Below, one piece after another: positions 51,384 through 63,475 of a stretch of DNA of 64,000 bases. How positions within the stretch are numbered: position 1 is the first letter of the stretch; every line of letters begins with the position of its first letter. The stretch comes from Negaprion brevirostris (taxonomy: Eukaryota). Under the pieces are notes generated by a model. That model saw only the letters and a list, made by a program, of their open reading frames with translations. It had not been told where the DNA came from and searched no databases. The DNA lies in the NCBI GenBank assembly GCA_030324005.1, contig JARDVH010000163.1:2466887-2530886 (forward strand), written 5' to 3'. The translations under genes and the position numbers were made by a program.

Positions 51384-51545
51384 TGCTGGAAAATCTCAGC
51401 AGTTCTGGCAGCATCTATAAAGAGAGAACAAAACGGACGTTTCGAGTCCAGTTGACCCTTTGTCAAAGCTTTGTCATCTGGACTCGAAAGGTCATCTCTT
51501 TTCTCTCCTTCGAGATGTTGCCAGACCTGCTGAGATTTTCCAGCA
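51384..51545. mobile_element. Penelope-like pseudo-LTR fold-back (also 52497-52659 and 53556-53717) with a minimal hammerhead-like motif on the minus strand
   Basis: Arms TGCTGGAAAATCTCAGCAG..TTCGAGTCCAG.TGAC / GTCATCTGGACTCGAA..CTGCTGAGATTTTCCAGCA; same terminus as the GIY-YIG element at 5150. Confidence 0.75.
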
Positions 51546-52004
51546 ATTTCTCTTTTAGCCTGTGAGAAANNNNNNNNNNNNNNNNNNNNNNNNNNNNNNN
51601 NNNNNNNNNNNNNNNNNNNNNNNNNNNNNNNNNNNNNNNNNNNNNNNNNNNNNNNNNNNNNNNNNNNNNATTATTTATAATCTTCCTCATTGGTTCCACT
51701 GCTATGGTGGGACGTTATGCGATGTGCGTTGGTGGAAGCCGAGTGAGCGCGGGGGGCGAGGGGGTGGGGGGAGCGACGAATTGGATTCCTCGTTAAAAGC
51801 TTAACATGAACGGAATAAATTGAATGGCCTTCTTCCATAACATTCCATATGACTATAGTTCTATTGCTTGTACGGCTTGAATTAATGCTATATAAGTTAA
51901 ATGAGAGGATTTTTGAAATTACAGTGTTCAGTTTCGTATATTTATTAACACAGCCAAACGTTGTGGCGTTTTAGAACTGATATCATCCATTATTTGTATT
52001 TTAG

Positions 52005-52073
52005 CCGCAGCATTTGGAACACCTTTGCAACCGACAAGTCAACCAGCTACCGCTGAAGAAGTTCCTGAGGAAG
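52005..52073 (+). CDS. 69-bp phase 1-1 exon, copy B: (A)AAFGTPLQPTSQPATAEEVPEE
   Basis: Same splice signals as copy A; two substitutions, both non-synonymous (V>A, T>P). Confidence 0.65.
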
Positions 52074-53899
52074 GTAAGACATTCCTAAGTTTGGAGCTAA
52101 ATGCACAATAAAATATTAATTACCGGAATAAAATGATTATCTGTATCAATTTCAAAATGTTGGTAAGCAGATCTAGGCCATACATCTTGTTCCCTGACGA
52201 TACAGAATTTTGCTTTTCTGAGGTTCAACACTGAGACTGCAGGACAATCAACTACTCTTGACATGTGCTAATGCTGAAAACATAGCTCGAATCTAGCTTA
52301 AAGTTTGGTGTTTTATTTTCATTAAATAGTAGTCTGAATCATGGTTATATTGCAGCGCCCTTCTTCAGCCTCTTGAAACTTATGAGTCCGTAAAATTTCA
52401 GTGGGCCCCTGATGTATATACTCCAGTTGCATGGCTCTCTGGGAAAGATAAAAGCAAATTACCGCGTATGCTGGAATTTGAAACATAAGGAGATAATGCT
52501 GGAAAATCTCAGCAGTTCTGGCAGCATCTGTAAAGAGAGAAAGAAAGCGGACCTTTTGAGTCCAGATGACCCTTTCTCAAAGCTTTGTCATCTGGACTCG
52601 AAACGTCAGCTCTTTTCTCTCCTTAGAGATGTTGCCAGACCTGCTGAGATTTTCCAGCAATTTCTCTTTTGGCCTGTGAGAAAGATCTTTGGAGGTGCGT
52701 CTCCATAGCTACCTGTGGTTTCCGCCATGATTACAGATTCTTCATGCAGCGCAGGCTGCACAACAAAGCTCGGGAAGTGAACTCCATGCTGCCATTCAAT
52801 AGTGCGTCTTGATTTGGGCCGTAAAATAATGTTCAGCTGATAAACATGGAAGCAGAAACAACTGGGCTAGGTGTATGCTGTTTAACCCTTTGAACCTGCT
52901 CCGCCATTCAATGTGATGATGGCTGAACATTTGTTTCTCACTGCCACATTCAGAATTTCTCCTCTTTACGCCTTTGACAGCTAAAAAACATCCTTGAGTA
53001 GATTGTCACGTGGTCTCCACAGCCGTGTTTGGTGGATAATTCCCCAGATTTCTTTGAGTGAAAAAANNNNNNNNNNNNNNNNNNNNNNNNNNNNNNNNNN
53101 NNNNNNNNNNNNNNNNNNNNNNNNNNNNNNNNNNNNNNNNNNNNNNNNNNNNNNNNNNNNNNNNNNATAAAATATTAATTACCGGAATAAAATGATTATT
53201 CGTATCCATTTCAAACTGTTGGTCAGCAGATCTAGGCCATACATCTTGTTCCCTGACGATACAGAATTTTGCTTTTCTGAGGTTCAACACTGTGACCGCA
53301 GGACAGTCAACTACTCTGGACATGTGCTAATGCTGAAAACATAGCTCGAATCCAGCTTAAAGTTTGGTGTTTTATTTTCATTACACAGTCGTCTGAATCA
53401 TGGTTATATTGCAGCGCCCTTCTTCAGCCTCTTGAAACGTATGCGTCCGTAAAATTTCAGCGGGACCCTGATGTTGATGCTCCAGTTGCATGGCTCGCTA
53501 GGAAGGAGAAAAGCAAATTACTGCGGATGGTGGAATTTGAAACATAAGGAGACAATGCTGGAAAGTCTCAGCAGTTCTGGAAGCATCTATAAAGAGAGAA
53601 AAAAGCGGACGTTTCGCGTCCAGATGACTCTTTGTCAAAGCTTTGTCATCTGGACTCGAAACGTCAGCTCTTTTCTCTCCTGAGAGATGTTGCCAGACCT
53701 GCTGAGATTTTCCAGCAATTTCTCTTTTCGCTTGTGAGAAAGACCTTTGGAGGTGCGTCTCCATAGCTACCTGTGGTTTCCGCCATGATTACTGATACTT
53801 CATGCAGCGCAGGCTGCACAACAAAGCTCAGGAAGTGAACTCCATGCTGCCATTCAATAGTGCGTCTTGATTTGGGCCGTAAAATAATGTTCAGCAGAT

Positions 53900-56560
53900 A
53901 AACATGGAAACAGAAACAACTGGGCTAGGTGTAGGCTGTTCAACCCTTTGAAACTGCTCCGCCATTCAATGTGATGATGGCTGAACATTTCTTTCTCACT
54001 GCCATATTCAGAATTTCTCTCCTTTACGCCTTTGACAGCAAAAAAAATCCTTGAGTAGATTGTCACGTGGTCTCCACAGCCGTGTTTGGTGGATAATTCC
54101 CCAGATTTCTTTGAGTGAAAAAAAATTCTTAACCTCAATCCGAAATAGTCCACCCCGTATTTTGAGACTGCGACCTCTTTTTCTGGACCGAATCGCCCCT
54201 GCACCCCTCCATCGCCCCCAAACTAGCACACACATTCTCCCTGCATCGAGCATATCCCGCTCTATCGGAATTGGATAGGTCTTCATCAGCATTTTTTCAG
54301 CCTTTTAAATGCTTGTGCAAACAGGCCCAATGGAACCATAAGCTTAGCAAGCATGCGCTCGACCCCCTTTATGGCAGTTAAATCATTTCTTGGGTAGGGA
54401 ATCCAAAACTGCTTGTCACCCACAGCCAAACGTGGTTATACCAAGGCGCTATATAACTGCAGTGAGACATCACTTCTTCTGAAATCAAGTTGCCTTGCAG
54501 TGGAATTCAGCATATTATTTGCCTTCCTAACTGCTTGCTGACCCTACGTTTCCACTCCCATTCTCTTGCGTACAATGACACCCAGATCTTTTTGTACATC
54601 CACATATATTACAGTTGAATAATACTCTTCCCTTCTGTTTTGTTCACATTGGTGCTCATAAATTCACATTTTGGCAATTGTACCTCATCTGACACGAGTT
54701 TGTACACTCAGTCAACTTATGCATGCCATCCGGGAGCTTTCTTGCTTCCTTCTCACTGCTCTGCCCAGTTTTGTGTCGTCAGCAAACTTAGAAATGTTAC
54801 ATTTCGTTCCCTAAACCAGGCAATGTATCTATTTCGTGAACGGCTGAGGCCCAATCAGTGATTCCTGCAGACCTCACGAGTCAATGTTGCCAATCGAAAA
54901 TACCCATTGGTTTCCAATCTCTGCTCCCCATCTGTCAACTAATTTTGTATCCATGCAAATACATCCCACATCCATCGGTTTTGCCCAACAAACGCTCATG
55001 AGAGGCCTCGTCAAAAGCTCCTGAAATTACATATCGACACATCCATTGGTTCTCTCTGATCTATTCCACGAGTTGCATTCTCAAAAACTGTAGCATACTT
55101 GTTCAACATGATTTACCTTTCATAAGTCCATTTTGGATTTCTTCAACCCGGTTAATGTTTTCCAAATATACTGCAGTCCATTTTTTATCATAGTCTTGTA
55201 TCTTTTCCATTATTGATGTAATGCTAACTGGTCTGTAACTCCCCTTTTGTACGTTTCTTCTCCCGTTAACTAACGGAGTTACATGTGCCACTCTCGAATC
55301 TATAGGAATTATGCCAGAGTCTGTAGAGTTATTGAAGATGTCACGAATTTATCCAGTATTTTCAGAGCCACGTCATTTAATATCCTGGCATGCAGATTGC
55401 CAAAGCCTAGTGATCTATCAGAATTTGACACCATTAACTTCACCAACAACATTTTCTGACTGATACAGATTTGCCTCATTTCCACCCATTCGTTAGGCCA
55501 CTGGTTTCCTAAGATTTCTGGGGGCTTATTTGTGCCCCCTTTTGAAAAGGCAGTGCCTGAGGTTGTGCTGAACTCTTCTGTCATTTCTTTTTTCTCCATT
55601 ATGATTTTCCCAGTTTTTGATTGTACGAGACTTACAATTATGTTTATGAACTATTTTTTCTTCACATATGACAGAAGCTTTTAAGGCCAGTTTCTATATT
55701 CCCAGAGATTTTACTCTGAGTTCTTTTCACACTTCTAATCATTTTTGGCCACTTTTGTTGATGTCTAAAGCCGTCACAATCCTGATGCATGCTGCTTTGT
55801 CTGCCAATTTTATAGTTTTCTTTCTGACTCATAGAACTATAGAGATTAGGAGCAGGAATAGTCCATTCGGCCCTTACAGCCTGCTCCGCCATGCAATTTG
55901 ATCATGACTCATCATTGGATTCAATATCCTAATCACCCCTTCCTCCCATATCTCTTGATCCCTTTCGCACAAGAGTTATTTCTTTTTTTTTCCTCTTGAA
56001 ATCACAGAGCGTTTTGGCCTCAACTACTCTCAGTGGAACTGGATTCCACAAATTCTCCACCTGCTGGATGAAAAATTTCTCCTCACCTCAGTTCTAAACG
56101 TTTTACCCCTTATCCTCAAACTATGACACCTAGTTCTGGACTCCCGCACCATTGGGAATGTTCTTCCTGAATCTATCCTGTCTAACACTGTTAGAATTCT
56201 ATACGTTGTTGTGAGATCCACCCTCACTTTTCTGAACTCCAGTGAATATAATCCCAAACTACTTAATATATCCTCATATGACGAATTTACCATCCCAGGA
56301 ATCAGCCTGGTAAACCTTCGCTGTACTTCCTCTATAGCAAGGAATAGAACACCAAAACTGCACACAATACTCCAGATTTGGCCTCGCCAATGCATGATAC
56401 AATTGTCGCAAAACGTCTCTATCCTATAGCCAAATCCTCTCGCTATGAAGGCCAACACACTGTTTGCTTCTTTATTGCCTCCTTTCCTTGCGCACTTCCT
56501 TTCAGCCACTGGTGCACGTTGACATCATAGTCTCATTGGTTCTTCAATGTATTAATAATA
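53900..56560 (-). mobile_element. Degenerate CR1 LINEs (old copy ~53900-55830; second 3' end ~55830-56560)
   Basis: SYRPVSITSIMEKI..QNGLMKGKSC; ANSVLAFIARGFGY..VQRRFTRLIPGM..LGLYSLEFR..TRCHSLRIRG. Confidence 0.85.
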
Positions 56561-57206
56561 AAAAAAATACGTACACGTTCCAGGGCTCTCTTTGCATTAC
56601 GAATTTGGTTCAGCCAGTCTATGTGTAAATAAAAGTCAGTAAAAAGTCTGACAACACCAGGTTTTAGTCCAACCGATTTATTTGATAATAAACCCACAAG
56701 CTTTCGAGNNNNNNNNNNNNNNNNNNNNNNNNNNNNNNNNNNNNNNNNNNNNNNNNNNNNNNNNNNNNNNNNNNNNNNNNNNNNNNNNNNNNNNNNNNNN
56801 NNNNNNNNCCTTTAAATTAATAAGTCTTGTATAAGCTGCCTGAAAAAGAGTGTATTAAGTATGGCATTCTTTTCAAAGTTCACCATTCTATTTTTAGTAT
56901 TTCACTACACATCCTAAAATACACAAATACAGCCAGAACTTAAGTTGCAAGAGCTACTACTGGAAGTCACTAGAGTTAAAAGTATTTACAGTTTGGAATG
57001 CTAATCCCCTTCAGAATGTCCATTTTGCTGAATGAGGAATTCAGGTTCCCTGCTTCTACCAAATAAAACTTGGGAAAAACCAAGGAGAAATGGAGAGAGG
57101 CATGCCAGGTTCAGAGAAACAAAACCGCTGCCACTATAGGCTTCGTTGGAATTAAAATTATCACCTTATATGAAACTTTTCAGATACTAATCTGATCACT
57201 ACTTAC

Positions 57207-57283
57207 CTGAGGCAGTGTGTAATTGATGTGTTCTGTTCTACATCAACTGAAAGATCCAGAAAGTCTTCATCTTTGCTGCTAAC
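57207..57283 (-). CDS. USP46: USP46 deubiquitinase internal exon (77 bp)
   Basis: TTCTACAG|[25 protein letters not shown](R)|GTAAGT; continues the 59862 exon in phase 0. Confidence 0.93.
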
Positions 57284-58559
57284 CTGTAGAATTACCCATT
57301 TATGCAATAAAATTAGTTCCTGGGAGGCACAGAATACAAGAACAAGGAATTCATGCAAAACCTTTACAAATCTCTGCTTAGGTCAAAGCTGGAGTACTGT
57401 GTACAATTCTGGACACTGCACGTTAAGAATGAAAAGGCCCTGGAAAGAGAACCAAGGTAGTGTATCAGAATGAGACCGGGATGAGGGAGTTCAGTTATGT
57501 GGAGAGATAGGAACATTTGGGGAATTGCTGTCCTTGGAGCATTGAAGTTTATGGAGATATTCAAAATTATGCAGGATAGTTTCACCCTGCTTGCTCTATT
57601 TCCTCTAGCAAATGGGGTGGCAACAAGAGATAATAAATTTAAAATAATTCACAATTAGAGGATAAATGAAGAGAAACCTCACACAGATGGTTAAGTTCTG
57701 GAACACATTATCTGAAGATATGGGGAAAATCAAATTCCATAGTAATTTGCAAATGGCAATTAGGACCGAACTTGGAGGGACCTAGCTTTCAGGGTTATGA
57801 AGCTAAATTACAGCCCTGTAGAGAAAATAAGCCTTTATGACATCTGTTCTAACTTTCTTTATTGATAAAGGTATCAAGGGGCAATGGTTAGATTCCCTCC
57901 TGTTGGAGAGAATTTCCAGGCATGTGTGGCACAAAATGTTACTTACAACACAGGGACAGATTTACACCATTCCCTGGCACAGGGTCCCAAACCATGGGAG
58001 ACCCCATCCTGAGTGATATTTGAAAAAAACCACAAGTGGTAGAGCTGCTCATCCAATCACTGGCTGATTCCTCCCTACATTTCCTATCAGCAGCAAATGC
58101 AGAGTGAAATCTGACTACAACTGGATGAGAAGCAAAGAGGGAAAGAATCATGAAGGAAAAAATTCAAACAGTTGAGTTGCATTTGGACCCGACCAGCAGG
58201 CAATGGAAAAGCAACAAGTCCTGAGACAAGGGAAAGGCAGCCACAGTGAGCACCAGGTATGTGTGTGAGGCAATGGACCCCAACCCAGCAACAGGTGAGG
58301 TAGAGAACCACAGGTGAGGCAGCAAAGCAGACAGATGACCCCAGGAAAACAGCAAAGCAGACAGAGGACCCTAAAGACACGCAAGGGGTGGAAGCATGAG
58401 CTATGGACAGAGCAAGAGTTGTAGGGAATCAATGATCAGAACGACAGCTTCTTAAAAGCTTGGATTTCAGCAATTATTTGTACAGGACTGTATCTACATG
58501 TGAAAAAGTTGTGTTCAATAGGTCTATTTTTATGATTTTTCCCTTTGTGTTCTGGGAGC

Positions 58560-59310
58560 AGGGTGAGCATAGGACCCCACAAAATGCAAATCCACTTCTG
58601 GTGCCCTTATCTGTCCAAGCCTTGCTGCATAAGGACACGGACTGCTTCAGTATCTGACGAGTCACAAATGGTACTGAATATCAGCAAACGTATGATCTTG
58701 TGATGGAAGACTGGTCATTGGTGAAACACCTGAAGATAGTTGGGTCTAGAACATAACTCCAAGGAACTGCTATAGCGATGTCCAGGGACTGAGATGATCA
58801 ACCTTCAGCAAATACAACCATCTTTGTGCCAGGTATGACTAACGGAGAGCCCCCAATCTATTCCACCATTTCCCATTGACTTCAGCTTTGCTAGGCCTCT
58901 CTGATGCCACACTTGTTGACTTGATGTCAAGGACAGCGACTCTCACCTCAAGTTCAGCTTTTTTGTCCATGTTTGGACCAAGACTGTAATGAGGACAGGA
59001 ACTGAATGACCCTGGTGGAAGCGGCACATCAGTGAGCAGGTGCCACTTCATTGCACTCCTGACCAACCCTTCCATCACTTTACTGACAATCATGTGCTGA
59101 CTGATGGGGCAATAATTGGCCTGATTGAATTTTCCTTTCGTTTTGGACAGGTTTCCACATTGCCGGGTAGATGTCAGCATTGTCAGACCAGCTTGCCTGG
59201 GGGCTCGGCTAGTTTTAAAGCACAAGGCTTCCATACTGTTGCTGACTGTTGGGACCCATAGCCTTTGCAGTATCCAGTGCTTTCAGCCATTTCTTGATAT
59301 CATGGAATAA
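58560..59310 (-). mobile_element. L2/CR1-like LINE fragment in the USP46 intron (also a CR1 + fragment at ~57320-57800)
   Basis: NQANYCPISQHMIVSKVMEG..EVRVAVLDIK. Confidence 0.7.
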
Positions 59311-59861
59311 ATCAAATCGCTAATTCAATCACTGAATCCTGATTTCACTTGTAATGAAATGAACTTCACATTAATTTACATTTTCTCCAAAGAACAGCTT
59401 CTCTGACAACATTGCACTCAGTTGAGGAGTGCTATTTGACCAATTCAGAAAATAGTTCAAATTTATATTCTCTAAATAAATCCTCTTCAATTTTTTAAGC
59501 CAAAATAAAAATTTCACATTAGGTGATAAAATATTGTAAGTTAACTACACTTTGATACTTTCCTGCTCTAGAAATGCCTGTTGAATTCATAATCTTAACT
59601 ATACTTCCAGAAAGATACCAAACTAATTAAGGAATATACAGACCACAGGAGGGGAAAAAAGCGAAAGAGTGTGTGTGGGGTGCGGTGAGGGAGGGAGGGA
59701 GGGAGGGAGATAAAAAAGATATGCACAAAAGTACAGCAAAAAAAAAAAAAACTTCTCACTCCTCAATCCAGGAAGGAATGAAACACAAGAGAAAATAACA
59801 AGAAGACATTTATAAAATGATCAAGAAAAATAATGTAACTTTTCTAAAAATCTTTGCCCAC

Positions 59862-60091
59862 CGTTTCACAGTTCAGACATCGTGTCTCATTCGTAAGTGT
59901 TCCTTGAAAGATCTCATGCACCCAGGTCGGTTCAGGCTTACTATTTTCTTCTATTTCATTTGCATTTCCGTTCTTCAATTTCCCATTCTGTTTCTCTTGC
60001 TTCTTCTCTTCCTGCAAGATGTCAGCGATGGTGTTCAATAGGTAGTTCAGAAACTCATGTGCATCTTGTTGCATGTAGTTATCAAACAAGT
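59862..60091 (-). CDS. USP46: USP46 deubiquitinase internal exon (230 bp)
   Basis: TTTTAACTGTAG|(D)[68 protein letters not shown]|GTGGGC; QQDAHEF box; EEKK, KLKNGN and CLNCE favour USP46 over USP12. Confidence 0.93.
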
Positions 60092-61199
60092 CTACAGTTA
60101 AAAGAAAAATAAATGTTACTGTCAACTTTGACCCATTTCCAAAGGGATTATAGTTTGCAGAGCAAGTGAAGGTGACATTACAATAGTAAGGCACTAATCA
60201 CATGGCCCTCTTTCCCTACACCTGGCTTCAGCTGATGACTGTTCACATGCTAACAGTGTAGGGCAGGTGGGAGAGAACATAGGGCACCTTACTTGTAGTG
60301 AAATTATAAATATGCCATTTTATAAATACATGATTCAAGACATGAATGAAAGGAATCTCCCAACAAATGTTTGTAAAGTTATTGTTTGGCAATGATCCGA
60401 CTATGTTATAATAGAAAAATAATAAAACAGATTTAAATAAAAGGAGCAAACCTTGGAGTTTTAGTTCTACACCTTCTAATTTAGCTTTAGAAACATAGGA
60501 AATAGGTGGAGCGGGCCATTCAGCCCGATGAGCCTGCTCCACTATTCAATATGATCATGACTGATCCTCTATCTCAACATCATATTCCCACCCTCTACCT
60601 ATACCCCTCAACACCTGTAGGGTCTAGAAATCTATTTCCTTCTTAAAAATATTCAGGTACTTGGCCTTCGGTGGTGAGGAACTCCACAGGTTCACCATCC
60701 TCAGTAAAGAAATTTCTCCTCATCTCAGGGCAGGGTAGGTGTAGGAGGATGTGGCGGTGCGGGCTCGTTGGGCCGAAGGGCCTGTTTCCCGTGCTGGGTT
60801 GTTCTTTGTTCTTAATACTCCAGATTTGGCTTCGTCAATGCACGATACAATTGTAGCAAAACGTCTCTATCCTATGGCCAAATCCTCTCGCTATGAAGGC
60901 CAACACACTGTTTACTTCTTTATTTCCTCCTTTCCTTGCGCACTTACTTTCAGCCACTGGTGCATGATGACATCATAGTCTCATTGGTTCTTCAATGTAT
61001 TAATAATAAAAAAATACGTACACGTTCCAGGATTCTCTTTGCAGTACGAATTTGGTTTAGCCAGTCTATATATAAATAAAAGTCGCCTATGATTACTCTT
61101 ATGCCCTTATTGCATGCACCTTTAATTTCTTAGTTAATACATTCCCTTACATATCCACACTATCCGTTGGTGGTGGTGTATTGGGGGTTTTGGGGGTAC

Positions 61200-62222
61200 A
61201 TAGGGAGATGGCTGTTGCTGTGGAGGGTCAGTTATCTCAGCTCCGGGATATCCCCGTAGGAGTCCCTCAGGGCATTGCCCTGGGCCCAACAATCTTCAGC
61301 TGCTTAATCAATGATCTTCCCTCTGTCATATGCTGAGAAGTGGGAATGTTCGCCTGTGATTGCATAATGTTCAGCACCATCCATGGCTCCTCAGATACTG
61401 AGATAGTCTACGTTCAAATGCAACAGATCTGGACAATATCCTGAGTTGGGCTGACAAGTGGCAAGTAACATTCGCGCCACACAAATGCCAGGCAATTACC
61501 ATCTTCAATTCGAGACATTCTAACCATTGCCCCTTGACAATCAATGGTGTTGCCTTCACTGACTCCCCATCCGTCAATATCCTTGGAGTTGACCAGAAAC
61601 TGGAGTTGGCCAGCAGCGACTCACCACATAAAAACAGTGGCGACAAAAGCAGGTCAGAGGCTAGGGATACTGTGGCAAGTAACTCACCTCCTGACTCTCC
61701 AAAGTCTATCCGCCATCTACAAGGCACAAGTCAGGACTGTGGTGAAATACTCCCCACTTTCCTGGATGGAGTGCAGCTCCAACAACACTCAAGAAGCTTG
61801 ACATCATCCAGGAAAAAACCGCCTGCTTGATTGGCACGATATTTACAAGTATCCACTCCCTCTACCAGTAGCAGCAGTGTGCACTATCCATAAGACTCAG
61901 CAATTCAGCAAAGATTCTTAGATTGCACTACGACTACTTCCACCCAGAAGGATAACAGTAGCAGGTATATGGGAAGACAGCCACCTACACGTTCACCTTC
62001 AAGCAATTCACCATCCTGATTTGGAAATATATCAGCGTTCTTTCGCAGTCGCTGGGCCAAAATCTTGTAATTCCCTCCCTTAATGGCATCGTGGGTCAAC
62101 TAATAGCACATGGCCTGTAGCGATTCGAGAAGGCAGCTCACCACCACCTGCTCCAGGTCAGTTAGGAATAGGTAATAAATGCTGGCCAGCAGCGATGCCC
62201 ATGTCCCACAAATAAATTAAAA
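61200..62222 (+). mobile_element. L2/CR1-clade LINE 3' portion
   Basis: GVPQGIALGPTIFSCLINDLP, DLDNILSWADKWQVTFAPHKCQ, KAGQRLGIL..YKAQVRTVVKYSPLSW; tail AATAAATGCTGGCCAGCAGCGATGCCCATGTCCC. Confidence 0.85.
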
Positions 62223-62229
62223 CAACTGT

Positions 62230-63475
62230 AGCAACATTTCTTGTCGTCTGCTTTTCCCTATCTACACACATACAAATTGTACACAATGATTTTCCGAGTC
62301 ATTTGCCCGTCTTCGCTTGCATCGACGCCCTTCTTTGCTAACAACACTGCTCCACCTCCTTTTCCCTTTTCTCCGAAATTCCTAAATAGTGAACACCTCT
62401 CAATGGTCCGTTCCCATCCTTGGGAAACCTGAAGAAATGACTCTGCATTGGCAACGATCTCACAAATTTGTCTCTCTACTTGCCTTTAGACTTGTCTTTT
62501 TAACTTCGTTCGTCGTATTCGCTTTACTTTGCTTTATTGCCCAATTTGTTCCCCGCCTTTGCCTTTTCTGCCTCCCATTTTTGCTTCTTTCACTTCTATC
62601 TTTTGTTCCTATCAGTATTTCGCCGTCTCCTGCCTCTGCCCAGCTTCTCATCGTGCTGCCTTTCTAGTATATATCCTAACACGCGACACTGGTGGTATCC
62701 TGATTTAACCTTTGAGTTTTACCTTTCAATTGTCATCCTAACATCATATTTTCTGCTGGTGGCACCACGTACTTTTTTAACCCAGGATATGTGTACCGAT
62801 ATCTACCACGACCATTGTCTGTTCACTCTCCTTCATAATCCCTGCACCGACTTCAAATCACCCTTTACTCTGGCACCAGGGAGGCAACTAATCTTCCTGG
62901 AGTTACTTATGCGGCCGCAGAAGCGCCTGTGCAATCATAGAATCACAGTATCATGGAGATACTGATCCTCAGACATATCACATCGCATCTTCTTCTCTTA
63001 AAATAAACAACTTGTCTAATTCTATTTTCATTCCTTCTCTCCGTAAACCTTAACATTGTTTATGACAGTCACATCCCTTTGAATGCTTCGATTGAAACGG
63101 CCCCTACAATTCCCTCAGCTCATGCATTCCACCCCTAATGATTTTCTATGTGGAAACTTTTCCTCATATTTCTATTCCTCCTGTGATCGTTACTTTCCAA
63201 TTATCCCACTCTTTTCGTTCCATTCACGATAATGAACCGTTTATTTCTATCTTCTCTACCCAGATTCCTTTTGATTTTGCATACATTGCCTCTCACTTCT
63301 CAAAGGACAAAATATATATCTTCGTCGATACATCTGAAGCTACTCATCCCAGAATTATTCTCACGAATAACTGATCCACTTCAGATCAGCTATGATCTTA
63401 TCGAATGGCGGGGCAGGCTCGAAGGGCTGGATGGCCTATTCCTGATCCTTTTTCTTATGTTCTTACGTTCTTATG
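62230..63475. mobile_element. CR1 debris (minus ORF1/inter-ORF and 3' end; short plus-strand 3' end at ~63370-63475)
   Basis: CTCTGGCACCAGGGAGGCAAC is the reverse complement of the CLPGARV block; (TTCTTATG) tail. Confidence 0.6.

Larger units (their letters stand above)
50557..54120. repeat. Three diverged tandem copies of an exon-bearing unit separated by 100-N gaps
   Basis: Units ~50557-51569, 51670-53066 and 53167 onward; all pairwise different (e.g. GATGTAGACACTCC / GATGTATATACTCC / GATGTTGATGCTCC). Confidence 0.92.
56366..61084. repeat. ~270-bp diverged direct repeat (~56366-56637 and ~60814-61084) bracketing the USP46 block
   Basis: AATACTCCAGATTTGGC...AAATAAAAGTC occurs at both sites and includes non-LINE sequence (TACGTACACGTTCC..ACGAATTTGG). 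Confidence 0.88.
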
